From Syntrophales bacterium (GTDB taxonomy: Bacteria; Desulfobacterota; Syntrophia; Syntrophales; UBA2210), in the NCBI GenBank assembly GCA_963662405.2, contig CAXXKT010000003.1, forward strand, positions 256,001 to 320,000: a stretch of 64,000 nucleotides of DNA, read 5' to 3'. The position numbers and the translations under genes are program-made. The notes below the pieces were generated by a model. That model made no database searches, was not told the origin of the DNA, and was given only the letters and a program-made list of their open reading frames with translations. Numbering within the stretch: position 1 is the first letter of the stretch; every line of letters starts with the position of its first letter. Of this stretch, positions 54,420-64,000 are shown in pieces.

Positions 54420-54522
54420 GGAAAGATGGGGTGCCGGGATACCCTGTTTGTGCCGCCTGTTGACCGGTGGTGTTCGATATATGCTTTGAGTTGTCCCGTA
54501 ACCACCAGAAAGGAAAACGATT

Positions 54523-55353
54523 ATGACCGAACTTTCCGAATACCGAGCCGCCGGGCGACGGCTGATCGATGCGCTCCGGCTCTACACCGATCCGGTGGCC
54601 GTCAAGTACATCAAGGATGCAAATGAGATCCCCCCTCAGGCGGTCCGTCCCTCGGCGCGCGGCCAGAAGTGGTCCCTTTGTCAGGCCTTTACGTATAGCC
54701 GGAGGTGGCGGATGCATGTGGCGATGACCGCGGAGGATAATTTCTGTGTCCCCGCGACGGTCGCCCATCGATGGGAGTATGTCCCCGAGGAAGAACTGAT
54801 CGAAAGCCAGGTGCGCCAGGGGTGGCACAGCGACAGGGAGGCGGAGGAAAAACGCTTCCGGTTCTTCCGCGAGTTTGTGGGAGAAAAACAGTATGAGAGA
54901 ATGGCCGCGTTCAAGGGGTTCGTCTGCTCGCCTCTCCCGGAGACAATCGTTCCCCCTGATTCGGTCTTGCTGTACGGCGACGGTGTTCAGATCACCCATA
55001 TCATCCAGGCGCTCAGCTACGATTTCAAGCATCCGGTCACCTCTTCATTCGAGGGTTTCGGAGAGTCATGCCAGAAGGGTACCCTGGTCCCGTTTCTGAC
55101 GGGGAAGCCGCAGGTCGTCATCCCGGGGATGGGGGATCGGGCCTTTTCGGGGACCACCGAGAGTGAGATCGCCATCGGCATCCCCGGTACGCTCCTCCCA
55201 TACGTGGTGGAGAATCTCTTCAAGTCCGGCGGAAAGCTCAATATGGGTCAGCCGGTCCGGACGATCCTTCCCAACAATATCACGGAACGAATCACCCCGG
55301 GATTTGCCTTCATGCACGACAAGGTTCAGGAATATAAGAATACAAAGGGATGA
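54523..55353 (+). CDS. DUF169 family protein
   Basis: L.L.TDPVAVK, CQ...SR, C, PD.V...G, C, PG.GDR. Confidence 0.8.
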   Translation: MTELSEYRAAGRRLIDALRLYTDPVAVKYIKDANEIPPQAVRPSARGQKWSLCQAFTYSRRWRMHVAMTAEDNFCVPATVAHRWEYVPEEELIESQVRQGWHSDREAEEKRFRFFREFVGEKQYERMAAFKGFVCSPLPETIVPPDSVLLYGDGVQITHIIQALSYDFKHPVTSSFEGFGESCQKGTLVPFLTGKPQVVIPGMGDRAFSGTTESEIAIGIPGTLLPYVVENLFKSGGKLNMGQPVRTILPNNITERITPGFAFMHDKVQEYKNTKG

Positions 55354-55441
55354 CAGGGACTATAAGAGGATTGGTCCTCCCCGAGCGGCAACGTACCGTT
55401 GGTAAATGGTTCCACTCTTCAGTGGAAAATCGAATACCACA

Positions 55442-56608
55442 TTACTCGCTCATGATCAGGAGCAGCAATATGGCGGGGAGTGCAGAGCGGAGGGCCTCAT
55501 AGGCTCCCATGGCCCGCAGACCCCCTGATGCCCTGGCAAGACTCCGCTGGTCCGTGTCCGGGGCGTTGTTCCACGCTTCGGTTCCCGCATCCTTGGGGAT
55601 GGCGTAGGCAGGGCTGTTGACCGGAATGGCGCAGGTCCGGGTCGCGCCGCCGTTGTCGGCCAGGGTTTCGAGGAGGGGGTCTTCATCGATGTTTCCGTCC
55701 CCCGGCCATCCCCCTTCAATGAGGCTGTAGGAGACGTTCGCGGCCGCACCCTCCGCATCGTACAGATTTCCCGCTGCGTTGCCGTAAATGATGCAATTCC
55801 GGATAACCGGCCCCAGGTATGCGTTGTATATCCCCCCACCAGAGGTGGCTGCGGAGTTCTGGAAAAAGGTACAGTTGACGATGGTTGCCTGACTGTAGGC
55901 GTTTCGCATCCCGGCGCCGTCGACGGCGGCATTGTCATGAAAGGTGCAGTTCACGACATCAGGGCTGCCCTCTTCGTTGTAGATTCCACCGCCCATTTCC
56001 TCGGCGCTGTTTCCCGAAAAGGTGCAATTACGGACGGTGGGATGGCAGTTGCCATTAAACATGCCACCACCCCTGCGATGCTGCCAGCCCACATCTTTGT
56101 CGGCGTCGCCGCCGGAGATGGTGCATCCGTCAATCACCGCCGTTTCGTCCAAACCGGTGCCGTCGGGATGGTAAAAGACGTGATATATTTTATACGGTGG
56201 GGTAAGGGGCGGATTACCCGGATACAATCCTGAGAGGATTGTATCGTTATTCGCGAAATCGCGGTCGGCCAGGTCGAAGGTGGCCGGGTCCTCGGTACCG
56301 CTGAATCCTCCGTATATGGCCACGTTGTTTTTCAGGGAAAAATGTCTTTCCAGGGGCTCCGTACCGCCGTTGGGATGGCCGGTGGGCAGGTAGGTTCCCC
56401 GGGCCACCCATATGACGTTTCCTGCCGTGGTCTGATTGATAGCCTCGCTTAAATCGGTGTAGGCATCATTCCAACTGGTGCCTGTCGATGAGCCGGCAGC
56501 GTCGTGCTTGACATAGATCACCGCGGCATCGACGTGCGGAGTGGCAAAACCCAGGAAGAAAAACAGCAAAACGAGTGTTTTGATCGGAAAGAAAAAAGGA
56601 CGGAACAT
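55442..56608 (-). CDS. Secreted right-handed beta-helix repeat protein (choice-of-anchor Q-like C-terminus)
   Basis: Signal peptide; GTSW.DAY; GGG..N...NCTF..N repeats; LADNGG.T.T, DQR...MGAYE. Confidence 0.85.
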   Translation of the reverse strand: MFRPFFFPIKTLVLLFFFLGFATPHVDAAVIYVKHDAAGSSTGTSWNDAYTDLSEAINQTTAGNVIWVARGTYLPTGHPNGGTEPLERHFSLKNNVAIYGGFSGTEDPATFDLADRDFANNDTILSGLYPGNPPLTPPYKIYHVFYHPDGTGLDETAVIDGCTISGGDADKDVGWQHRRGGGMFNGNCHPTVRNCTFSGNSAEEMGGGIYNEEGSPDVVNCTFHDNAAVDGAGMRNAYSQATIVNCTFFQNSAATSGGGIYNAYLGPVIRNCIIYGNAAGNLYDAEGAAANVSYSLIEGGWPGDGNIDEDPLLETLADNGGATRTCAIPVNSPAYAIPKDAGTEAWNNAPDTDQRSLARASGGLRAMGAYEALRSALPAILLLLIMSE

Positions 56609-56733
56609 GAGATTACCCTCCTTTTTGTTATTTGTTTATAGCTTTAGGACAGAAAACATCTGGTGTCAAGGACATAGAAAAAGGGACGACATAAAAAGCA
56701 TGGTGCACGTCCAAGGAGAATGCACCCCTTTTC

Positions 56734-57696
56734 TCAGTCCCCGGTGAGAAGGTGGATGATCGGGGGGAGGGAGACGGGCCCGTTCCACCCGGCGATCCGG
56801 GCCCACAGCCACCAGGCGGCGAAGGCCTTCTGGTTCGCGTTGAGTGGCTCACTGTGTGCTGATCCGCACGAATACCAGTCGACGCCCACCGTATGAGACC
56901 CCTGCCACGCGGTGGCCCAGTTGCCCAGAGGGGTCGTGCTTTCCGCCGAGGCGTAGTAATCGCAGTTGTCATGGGGGAACTCGTAGAACGTCCCGTTCGG
57001 ATCATAGCACTCTATGTCGGCGAAATCGTACAGGACCTTTCCGTTGGCCCGGCAGTAGTCTCTGACCATCTGATTCGCCGCCTTGTTGGCGGCGTCGTCG
57101 AAGTGATCCACGTGGCCGGTCATGTAGACGAAGGTGACGCCGAAATAGTCGGACTCAAGCTGGTTCATCGGATCCAGATACTCGGATTGGAGGGTGCCCG
57201 CTTTGTATTTGTCGTCGACCTGGCCGCACCAGGACCAGATGATGACGTTGCAGTCGGGGTGGGTTTTCCCCCGGCCGGTTGTCTGGTTCGGGTCGCCGAG
57301 ATAGGCAATAGTCTCGTTGCGCCACCCGGGCCAGTACCCGCAATCATGGTCCAGATCGCCGCTTCCATACTCGTCGCCTTCGTACAGATGCAGTTTGTCG
57401 GGTGTTTGGTCATTATGACTCCAGGCAAAGATGTTCTCCGGCAGAGACAGTCCTTTCCCCCCGCCGTTGGCGAACGCCACCAGACCGGTCATGCCGTCGG
57501 TCACCTGGCTGCCGTGTGAGGTGTGGCCGTAGGCGATATGGAGGGTGGACTTTGCCCGTGTGATGGCCGATTCGGGTATTCGGGTGATGTCGACGCAGCG
57601 GTGGTCGACGATAATCGCCCCCGCCCGGAGAGAGGCCGGGCAGATCAGAAGCGCGATGAAAACGGTCATAACGGACAGAACACGATACCTGCTCAT
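56734..57696 (-). CDS. Secreted hypothetical protein (possibly SGNH-like fold)
   Basis: Signal peptide; YGHTSHGSQ, WSWCGQ, LYDFADIE, AHS. Confidence 0.75.
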   Translation of the reverse strand: MSRYRVLSVMTVFIALLICPASLRAGAIIVDHRCVDITRIPESAITRAKSTLHIAYGHTSHGSQVTDGMTGLVAFANGGGKGLSLPENIFAWSHNDQTPDKLHLYEGDEYGSGDLDHDCGYWPGWRNETIAYLGDPNQTTGRGKTHPDCNVIIWSWCGQVDDKYKAGTLQSEYLDPMNQLESDYFGVTFVYMTGHVDHFDDAANKAANQMVRDYCRANGKVLYDFADIECYDPNGTFYEFPHDNCDYYASAESTTPLGNWATAWQGSHTVGVDWYSCGSAHSEPLNANQKAFAAWWLWARIAGWNGPVSLPPIIHLLTGD

Positions 57697-58388
57697 TATT
57701 CTTCCCTTTCAGAAATGGGTGCATTGTATCGATCTGATATCACCGGCTCGATGCAGCGCGGGTCGTTGTTTCGGGGGGAATCGACAAACTTTGAAACGAG
57801 GGAGGTCCTGACCTTTGTCACCCTGCCGTCCGTTATAATGCCGTTCAATTTTTCATAGTCCTTCGTCGCCGGATCGAGCCACTCCTCTGTTGCCTCGGGT
57901 GTGAGGATCACCGGCATGCGGTCGTGGATTGCCCGCATCGATTCGCTCGCCGCTGTGGTGACGATCGTGCAGGAGTGATAGGGGGCTCCATCGGTTCCTT
58001 TCCACGTCTCCCAGAGCCCCGCGAAGCCGAAGAGGGTGTCGGTGTCCGGGGTGCAGTACCACGGCTGCCGGTCCTTCCATTCGTAGAAGCCGTCAGCCGG
58101 TATGATACAGCGCCTCTCCCTGAAGGCCCTCCTGAAACTCGGTTTCTCTCCCAGAGTCTCCGCGCGGGCGTTGATCATCTTTGAGGCCCCTGAGAGGTCC
58201 TGCGCCCAAGGGGGCACCAGTCCCCAGTGCAGTTTCCCCAGACGCGTGTCTTCCCCCCGGATGATCGCGTATACCTCATCACCGGGGGCGATATTGTATC
58301 CGGGCTTCAGCTCGCCGGTGACCGTCCCGATCCCGAAGACCTTTTTGATGTTCCTCAGTGAACTGTAGAGGGTGAACCGTCCGCACAT
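57696..58388 (-). CDS. SOS response-associated peptidase (SRAP/YedK/HMCES family)
   Basis: N-terminal MCGRF; YNIAP; WGLVP; INARAET; GFYEW; HDRMPVIL. Confidence 0.95.
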   Translation of the reverse strand: MCGRFTLYSSLRNIKKVFGIGTVTGELKPGYNIAPGDEVYAIIRGEDTRLGKLHWGLVPPWAQDLSGASKMINARAETLGEKPSFRRAFRERRCIIPADGFYEWKDRQPWYCTPDTDTLFGFAGLWETWKGTDGAPYHSCTIVTTAASESMRAIHDRMPVILTPEATEEWLDPATKDYEKLNGIITDGRVTKVRTSLVSKFVDSPRNNDPRCIEPVISDRYNAPISEREE

Positions 58389-58392
58389 GGCT

Positions 58393-59661
58393 TTATGACA
58401 CCGTGGGCAATTGATGCCACCTGGTTGTATAGGAAGGTGAGCGCCACGCGGCCACCGTTTTCCATTTTTGATTTGGAGTGGAACCCGTGGCTGCATACCT
58501 GACTGTATTCGGCCCGAATCGCTGGTTGATGCTGTCGAATGCCCGCATGATCTCGCCGGAGTGTTTCTCTCGATCTCCAGCGAAGAGGGTCATCTGGGTA
58601 TGGCTGTCGGGGGTCAGATCTCTGAAGGTGACTCCCGCCTTTTTGTAGCGGTATCCCTCTCGGTAGATCCTGTCGAGGGCCTCGTGCGCATATCGGATCA
58701 GCTCCGCGGTGTCGCTGGTGGCGGCGCGGAGGCGTATGGTCTCCATCTTGAAGTACCGGGACTCCCGGTGGTAGGGATTGGTCATGACGAATACCACGAG
58801 GATATTCGCATTGAGTTGTGCCGCCCGCAGCTTCTCCGCCCCCCGGGATGTGAAGGCGGCGACCGCTTCTCCCATATCGGCCCGGTCCTCCAGGGGGGCT
58901 TTGAACGATCTCGAAACGGTGATCTCTTTCCTGGACGGCGGGGATTCTTCCAGGGGATAGCAGGAAACACCCGCGAGTTCCCGGAGGATACGCAGGCCGT
59001 TTACCCCCATCTTCTTTTGTATGATCGTTTCCGGGGCATCACGGAGGTCGAGGGCGTTGGTGATCCCGATGCTTCTTAAAAATGCGGCATACCTTCTTCC
59101 GATGCCCCATATGTCTCCGACCTCTGTCATGGCCAGGGCGGTTGATAGATAGGGCGAATCGGTCAGATCCAGGACCCCGCCCGCCTTTTTGGATTTCTTG
59201 GCGATACGGTTGGCGATCTTGGCGAGGGTCTTTGTCTCCGCGATGCCCACGGAAACGGGAATGCCGGTCCACCTGCGGACCATGGATCGCATCGACCGGC
59301 CGCAGGCGGTCAGGTCCCGCCTGAATCCGGACAGGTCCAGAAAGGCCTCATCAATAGAGTAGATTTCGATGTCGGGAGTAAACTGGGACAGGGTATCCAT
59401 TACCCGCTGTGACATATCGCCGTACAGGGCGTAGTTGGAGGAATAGACGTGCACCCCGTGCGTCTCGATCAGGCCCCGGACCTTGAACAGGGGGACGCCC
59501 ATCCGGATGCCGAGGGCCTTGGCCTCGTTCGATCGGGCGATAACACACCCGTCGTTGTTGGAAAGGACCACGACGGGTTCTCCGGTGAGCCGGGGGTTGA
59601 ATACCCGCTCGCAGGAGACATAGAAATTGTTGCAATCGACCAGCGCAAAGGTGGGGGGCAT
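58393..59661 (-). CDS. umuC: Y-family DNA polymerase V subunit UmuC
   Basis: [29 protein letters not shown]. Confidence 0.95.
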   Translation of the reverse strand: MPPTFALVDCNNFYVSCERVFNPRLTGEPVVVLSNNDGCVIARSNEAKALGIRMGVPLFKVRGLIETHGVHVYSSNYALYGDMSQRVMDTLSQFTPDIEIYSIDEAFLDLSGFRRDLTACGRSMRSMVRRWTGIPVSVGIAETKTLAKIANRIAKKSKKAGGVLDLTDSPYLSTALAMTEVGDIWGIGRRYAAFLRSIGITNALDLRDAPETIIQKKMGVNGLRILRELAGVSCYPLEESPPSRKEITVSRSFKAPLEDRADMGEAVAAFTSRGAEKLRAAQLNANILVVFVMTNPYHRESRYFKMETIRLRAATSDTAELIRYAHEALDRIYREGYRYKKAGVTFRDLTPDSHTQMTLFAGDREKHSGEIMRAFDSINQRFGPNTVRYAATGSTPNQKWKTVAAWRSPSYTTRWHQLPTVS

Positions 59662-59678
59662 TGCTTGTACCTCTGGAT

Positions 59679-60104
59679 CTACAGGGGGTGGATCACGGTG
59701 GTGACCACGCCCCATACCTCGAAGTCCATATCCTCCTCGACCGGGAGGGGTTGGTAATCCTTGTTCTCTGAAATGAGGATCACGTTCCCTCCGCTGACCC
59801 TGATCCTCCTCACGGTCAACTCACCGTTCACGACCGCGATGACGACCTTCCGGTTGGCGGGTTTGAGGGAACGGTCGACGATCAGGATGTCACCGTCGTG
59901 TATCCCCGCATCGATCATGGAGTTACCACTCACCTTCACGAAGAAGGTCGCGGCGGGATGCTTGATGAGATACCGGTTCAGGTCGAGGTTGCCCTCGATG
60001 TAGTCCTCCGCGGGGGAGGGGAAGCCCGCCGAGACCGGCACCAGAAAGAGGGGACGCGTACATTTCGTCGACGGGTCCGGTTGGTATATGGCCGTTACCT
60101 TCAT
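59679..60104 (-). CDS. umuD: Pol V autoproteolytic subunit UmuD
   Basis: [15 protein letters not shown] catalytic Ser; the usual Lys position reads TVRR. Confidence 0.92.
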   Translation of the reverse strand: MKVTAIYQPDPSTKCTRPLFLVPVSAGFPSPAEDYIEGNLDLNRYLIKHPAATFFVKVSGNSMIDAGIHDGDILIVDRSLKPANRKVVIAVVNGELTVRRIRVSGGNVILISENKDYQPLPVEEDMDFEVWGVVTTVIHPL

Positions 60105-60112
60105 GGTTGCCT

Positions 60113-60141
60113 ATCATATGAAATGCGTCGCCATTTCTCAA
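60113..60141 (-). promoter_or_regulatory. sigma70 promoter of umuDC with overlapping palindrome
   Basis: Minus strand TTGAGA-N17-TATGAT, 8 nt before the ATG; GAAATG-N6-CATTTC across the spacer. Confidence 0.65.
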
Positions 60142-60435
60142 TCGGATAATCCGGCGGAATCGGTATGCGATGGACTTGATGTGCAAATACACTGGCCCGA
60201 TTGTCTCATATGTGTATCGAATGCGGGGAGAAACATGCCGTTGATAACCAGCAATAAGGGCCACACGTACGCCTGACCTCTTGCCCCACCGCTGTGTGGG
60301 GCGGTTGAGCGGCGCGGAAGGCCATCTATCCCCTCATATCCGGATCAAACAAGTATGGGTGCTTCCCCTCAGATGTACCGCTGTGAAGCGTTCCGTACCG
60401 GATCGCTCCACGCCCGATCAACGTGACCGAGATTA

Positions 60436-61314
60436 TTACTCCGGCGTGTGGTTATCACGGATTGTACAGGACGCGGGAGCATTCATGTTCCCCCCGGCAT
60501 TGCTGGTCGCCGTGTTGCGGTCAACAAAGTTGTTCCCGCACAGATATATCCCGTGATCTGTATTACTCCGGCAGGTGTTATCGGTCACCGTTGAACCGGC
60601 GCCGGCCAAAATGCCGTGGTCTCTGTTATCATAACAGGTGTTACCGGTCACCGTTGAACCGGCGCCGGCAAAAATGCCGATCCTATCGTTATTATAGCAA
60701 GTGTTGCCGGTCACCGTTGCGCTCCCGTTGGTAGTAATGCCGACATTATCATTATTATAGCAGGTATTGCCGGTCACCGTTGAGCCAGAGCCGGCATAAA
60801 TGCCGTGATCACCGTTCTCCATCGCTGTGCAGTCTTTAACAAGATGGCTTTTACCGAGAAGATAGATTCCCGGGTCACCATTGTTACGTACCCGGATATT
60901 GATGATCCGGTGACTTGTCCCAAGAGAACTACAATCCCCAATGCCATAGTGTTGAAATTGCCGTACCGTTCCGTTCCTGATCTCGACATTGGTCCTTCCC
61001 CACATGTAAATCCCGTCAAAATATCCGGTACCGCCCGGGCCGACCAGGCTGAACCCCATGAGGTCGACCGTAACGTTGTCGGCGGTAATGGTGATACCGT
61101 GTACGCCTGCCGCACACGACAGATCTTTCGTGATGTAGTAAAACCCGGGTGACGATATGGTGTAGGGCAGGGATTTGATCTCGGTCCCCACTCCTCTGCT
61201 TCCCGCAATGACGTAGAACTCCGCAGACACCTCCGGGACAGCGAAAACGAAAAATGATAATAAGGCGCTGAAAATAAAAAGGATCTTCACTGACTGATTT
61301 TTCCCATGATTCAT
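60436..61314 (-). CDS. Secreted right-handed parallel beta-helix repeat protein
   Basis: GGAGG RBS; signal peptide; LPYTI..PG.Y; GI.I.ADNVT.DL.GF; PbH1-like repeats. Confidence 0.88.
   Translation of the reverse strand: MNHGKNQSVKILFIFSALLSFFVFAVPEVSAEFYVIAGSRGVGTEIKSLPYTISSPGFYYITKDLSCAAGVHGITITADNVTVDLMGFSLVGPGGTGYFDGIYMWGRTNVEIRNGTVRQFQHYGIGDCSSLGTSHRIINIRVRNNGDPGIYLLGKSHLVKDCTAMENGDHGIYAGSGSTVTGNTCYNNDNVGITTNGSATVTGNTCYNNDRIGIFAGAGSTVTGNTCYDNRDHGILAGAGSTVTDNTCRSNTDHGIYLCGNNFVDRNTATSNAGGNMNAPASCTIRDNHTPE
60550..60803 (-). repeat. Four tandem 63-nt (21-aa) intragenic repeats
   Basis: GI.AG.GSTVT(G/D)NTC..N unit repeated; CCGGTCACCGTTG recurs on the + strand. Confidence 0.85.
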
Positions 61315-61369
61315 GTATCCACCTCCTGGTATGTGTTGGAAAAAACATGATAGGCTGAGGGGTGACCAC

Positions 61370-61407
61370 AAAAAAGCCCCGTTTCTCATTTCGAGAAACA
61401 GGGCTTT
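61370..61407 (-). terminator. Intrinsic terminator, 55 nt upstream of the beta-helix gene
   Basis: AAAGCCCTGTTTCTC-GAAAT-GAGAAACGGGGCTTT followed by further T residues; 15-bp stem with one G-U pair. Confidence 0.8.
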
Positions 61408-61588
61408 GACAGTAAGACCACTATTCCCCTTTGGGTACAGCATTCAAAAACATAACAAACCATCAAAATCAAAGTCTTTGCCCCTTTAAATCTATAATGA
61501 TGTCATGTCAAGATATTTTACGTCGAAATTTTCAAATGGTAATAAGTGATTTTCCTCTGCGATTGTTTTGAGTGTTTGCCGGAATCAT

Positions 61589-62737
61589 TCATTCCTGTTG
61601 CAGGAGCGGGTGGAGGCGGTCGATCCTGAAATGCATGAGCAGGTTGATGAAATCGGGAGAATGGAGAGGGTCCGATTCCATCCCGAAGAAGTGGGTAGGA
61701 CAAGAGCAGTCGCTGGAACCGAAGCCGGGGATCGTCCAGTCCGCAATGACAGACATGGCCTCGGCCATCGGGCATTCCAGGGGGACCGAGGAACGGACCG
61801 GGAGTGCCGTTTCGAACTGGGCCGCCTGCCTCAGATAATCGATGTGCCAGTGGAGGTTTTTCCGGAGCCGCCGGTGCCGTTCCACACGGGCTGTCAGGTT
61901 GGCCATGGCCGACCCCACATAGATATAATAACCGGGCGGAAAAAATATGTTCCCCATCTTTCCGACGGTGATCTGTCTCCCCTCGCTCAATCGCAGTATC
62001 ACGAGGTAGCTTCCGCGGTCTTCGGTCTCCCGCTCGATGAATTCCCAGGGGATGTTCACTATCCCGGTCTTTTCGTCCAGCGTCAGGTCTTCGTTCCATC
62101 GCACCGAGACGGGGAAAAACCGGATCCGGTCCCGGCAGGCCAGCATGGTCCGGGCGAAATGGAGGTCCGTATGGTAATCGGGGAGAAACCATGCCGTCAG
62201 GGGCCAGTGGACCACGAAGAGGACGGCCGTTTCCCGTCCCTTTTCGGACAACGCGGCCAGTTCGCTCAGATGACGGGCCCCCCGCGCGGTGACGGCGTCG
62301 GGAAACATGGCGGTCCGGTTTTCCACGAGTGTGCAGGATTTCACTTCCACCAGCAGTTCCCGCCCCTCATGCTCGATGAGCAGATCGAAACGGGACCGGC
62401 CAACCGGGACCTCTTTCCCGATCACCCGCGCCCCTTCCAGCCCCGGCACCATGCCCTCATCGATCAGATACCGGGCCACGTTGTTGGTCCGGTGGGTGTG
62501 GAGCATGATCGGTATCCCCTCCCGTTCCACGGCCACCACGGTATGGGGATATTTTCGATGGTCGGATGCCCCGTCCCGTGTCAGATACAGGGTTCGCCCC
62601 GGGAGCAGCAGTTCATGCAGCCTGCCCGGGTTGGGAAGGAAGGCCGACATCTCCTCGTCTCCCTTCCGGCACCGCACCACAAACCGGTTCGGCCGGTCTA
62701 TGAATGCAGCCTTTTTGATATCGTGAAAAAATCGCAT
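61589..62737 (-). CDS. sfsA: SfsA nuclease fused to a DUF123/GIY-YIG-like domain
   Basis: RPNRF, NPGR, EVKS.TL, FPDAVT.RG..HL; C-terminal GSY, GYYIYVGSA, HWHIDYL, GFGSSDC.C..H. Confidence 0.88.
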   Translation of the reverse strand: MRFFHDIKKAAFIDRPNRFVVRCRKGDEEMSAFLPNPGRLHELLLPGRTLYLTRDGASDHRKYPHTVVAVEREGIPIMLHTHRTNNVARYLIDEGMVPGLEGARVIGKEVPVGRSRFDLLIEHEGRELLVEVKSCTLVENRTAMFPDAVTARGARHLSELAALSEKGRETAVLFVVHWPLTAWFLPDYHTDLHFARTMLACRDRIRFFPVSVRWNEDLTLDEKTGIVNIPWEFIERETEDRGSYLVILRLSEGRQITVGKMGNIFFPPGYYIYVGSAMANLTARVERHRRLRKNLHWHIDYLRQAAQFETALPVRSSVPLECPMAEAMSVIADWTIPGFGSSDCSCPTHFFGMESDPLHSPDFINLLMHFRIDRLHPLLQQE

Positions 62738-62830
62738 GGGGTACTATCCTGCTCCAACCGTCTCGCCGCCGCGCCGGGGAATGCTCATGGCGTCAATAGA
62801 GGTACATGGAGGTCAATGTATTGAACCCTT

Positions 62831-64000
62831 TTATCCTTTCGGTGTTTCCCGCGTCTTACGGAGATCGCATGTTCCCCTGGCGAAGGAGGCGAAGATGCCG
62901 CCCGTACAGAGGATGCCGAATACGGCAAAGGCGATCCTGAAGCTGGTCAGGAAAAGACCGGGGTCCGTGTGACGGAGTTCCGTATCACCGACAAAGAGGG
63001 CAATCAGCAGGGTCACGATGGTCATGCTCGTGGCCATGCCGAGCATGCGCATGGTGGAAACCGCTGACGCGGCAACCCCATAGGATCTTCTGTCGACCGA
63101 TCCCATAATCGCGTTGGTGTTGGGTGAGGAAAACAGGGCGAACCCGAAACCGATGAGCGCCAGGTTCACTATGATCATCCAGACGGGTGTCGCCGTGCCG
63201 AGAAGCGTCAGGAGGAAAAGGCCCAGCGCGTTGAGCCCCATTCCGCATGAAGCAACAATACGGGGCTCGATTCTGTCTGAAAGCGAACCGGCGAATGACG
63301 AGAATAGGGCCATGATAACGGGTTGCGCGAGAAGAATGAAACCGGCCGCCTGGGGACTGTATCCCCGGATGACCTGGAGATACAGAGAGAGGAGGAACCC
63401 GATGGCGAATGTCGCGCTGTAGTTGATCATCGCGGCCAGGTTGGAGAAGGCGAAGACGATGTTGTGGGAGAAGAGCCGCATGTCTATGAGAGGGAAGGGG
63501 ACCCTTGATTCGAGGAGGATGAAACCCGTCAAGAGGATGACGCCGGCGATCAGGATGTACTTGGCCCCCGGCGTGCTGTAGATCGATGACATGCCGTATA
63601 AAAGGGCGGCAAGACCGAACATGTACAGCACGCTGCCGGCGATATCGAACCGTTCCCCCCGCGCTCCGGCCGCTGTGTCCCGCACCTGGAACAGAATGAA
63701 CACGACAGAGGCCGATCCGATACAAGCGGTCAAGAAAAAGATGCTCCTCCATCCCAGATGTTGGCATATGAACCCGCCGAGGACAGGCCCGAGCGAAAGG
63801 CCGGTATAGGTAGCCGTTACGGCCAGCCCCATTGCCTTCCCTCTCTGGCCGGGGGGATAGGCGGCCGAGATTATCGCCATCCCCGTGGCGTATATCATGG
63901 AGGCCGTGATTCCCTGCAGTACCCGGAAGAGAATGAGCGAGGCATTGGACCACGAAACCGCGCACAGAAACGTAAAGAGGGTAAAACCCGCCGTTCCCAG
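62831..64000 (-). CDS. MFS transporter (DHA2-like); 5' end outside window
   Basis: RG.AMG, GP.LGG....GWR.IF, PLID.RLF, G.LSDR, FSSPNTNAIM. Confidence 0.9.
   Translation of the reverse strand: MGTAGFTLFTFLCAVSWSNASLILFRVLQGITASMIYATGMAIISAAYPPGQRGKAMGLAVTATYTGLSLGPVLGGFICQHLGWRSIFFLTACIGSASVVFILFQVRDTAAGARGERFDIAGSVLYMFGLAALLYGMSSIYSTPGAKYILIAGVILLTGFILLESRVPFPLIDMRLFSHNIVFAFSNLAAMINYSATFAIGFLLSLYLQVIRGYSPQAAGFILLAQPVIMALFSSFAGSLSDRIEPRIVASCGMGLNALGLFLLTLLGTATPVWMIIVNLALIGFGFALFSSPNTNAIMGSVDRRSYGVAASAVSTMRMLGMATSMTIVTLLIALFVGDTELRHTDPGLFLTSFRIAFAVFGILCTGGIFASFARGTCDLRKTRETPKG

Noticed and set aside
60550..60803. 63-nt repeats as a second CRISPR array or DGR template
   Set aside because: In-frame coding beta-helix repeats without spacers; no reverse transcriptase in the window

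Overview
Bacterial window, probably Desulfobacterota/Syntrophales-like (inferred from gene content and order). Positions 1-25.2 kb hold a co-oriented flagellar cluster: motA (partial), motB x2, fliLMNOPQR, flhBAFG, fliA, accessory genes, flgFGAHIJMNKL, csrA and fliW. Positions 25.3-41.5 kb hold a diguanylate cyclase, an Xis-like HTH gene, a chemotaxis cluster (2 MCPs, cheW, R, D, Y, X, D, B, A, Y, X), a hybrid kinase and a convergent sigma54 activator; sigma54, sigma28 and IHF sites are readable. Positions 41.7-64 kb are accessory: a lipoprotein, a DEDDh exonuclease, a complete type I-C CRISPR-Cas locus (cas3-5-8c[11c]-7, fic, cas4-1-2, 12 repeats/11 spacers), DUF169, secreted beta-helix proteins, a umuD-umuC-SRAP cassette, an SfsA/GIY-YIG fusion and a partial MFS transporter. 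The most notable observation is a Fic toxin inside the cas operon, facing an unannotated 58-aa ORF on the opposite strand that carries the Fic-inhibitory SxxxEG motif and has its own leaderless sigma70 promoter. Other leads: an MshEN-like motif pair in CheA, a leader attenuator, and a shared C-terminal motif on two secreted proteins. All calls come from reading the sequence; no database searches were run.
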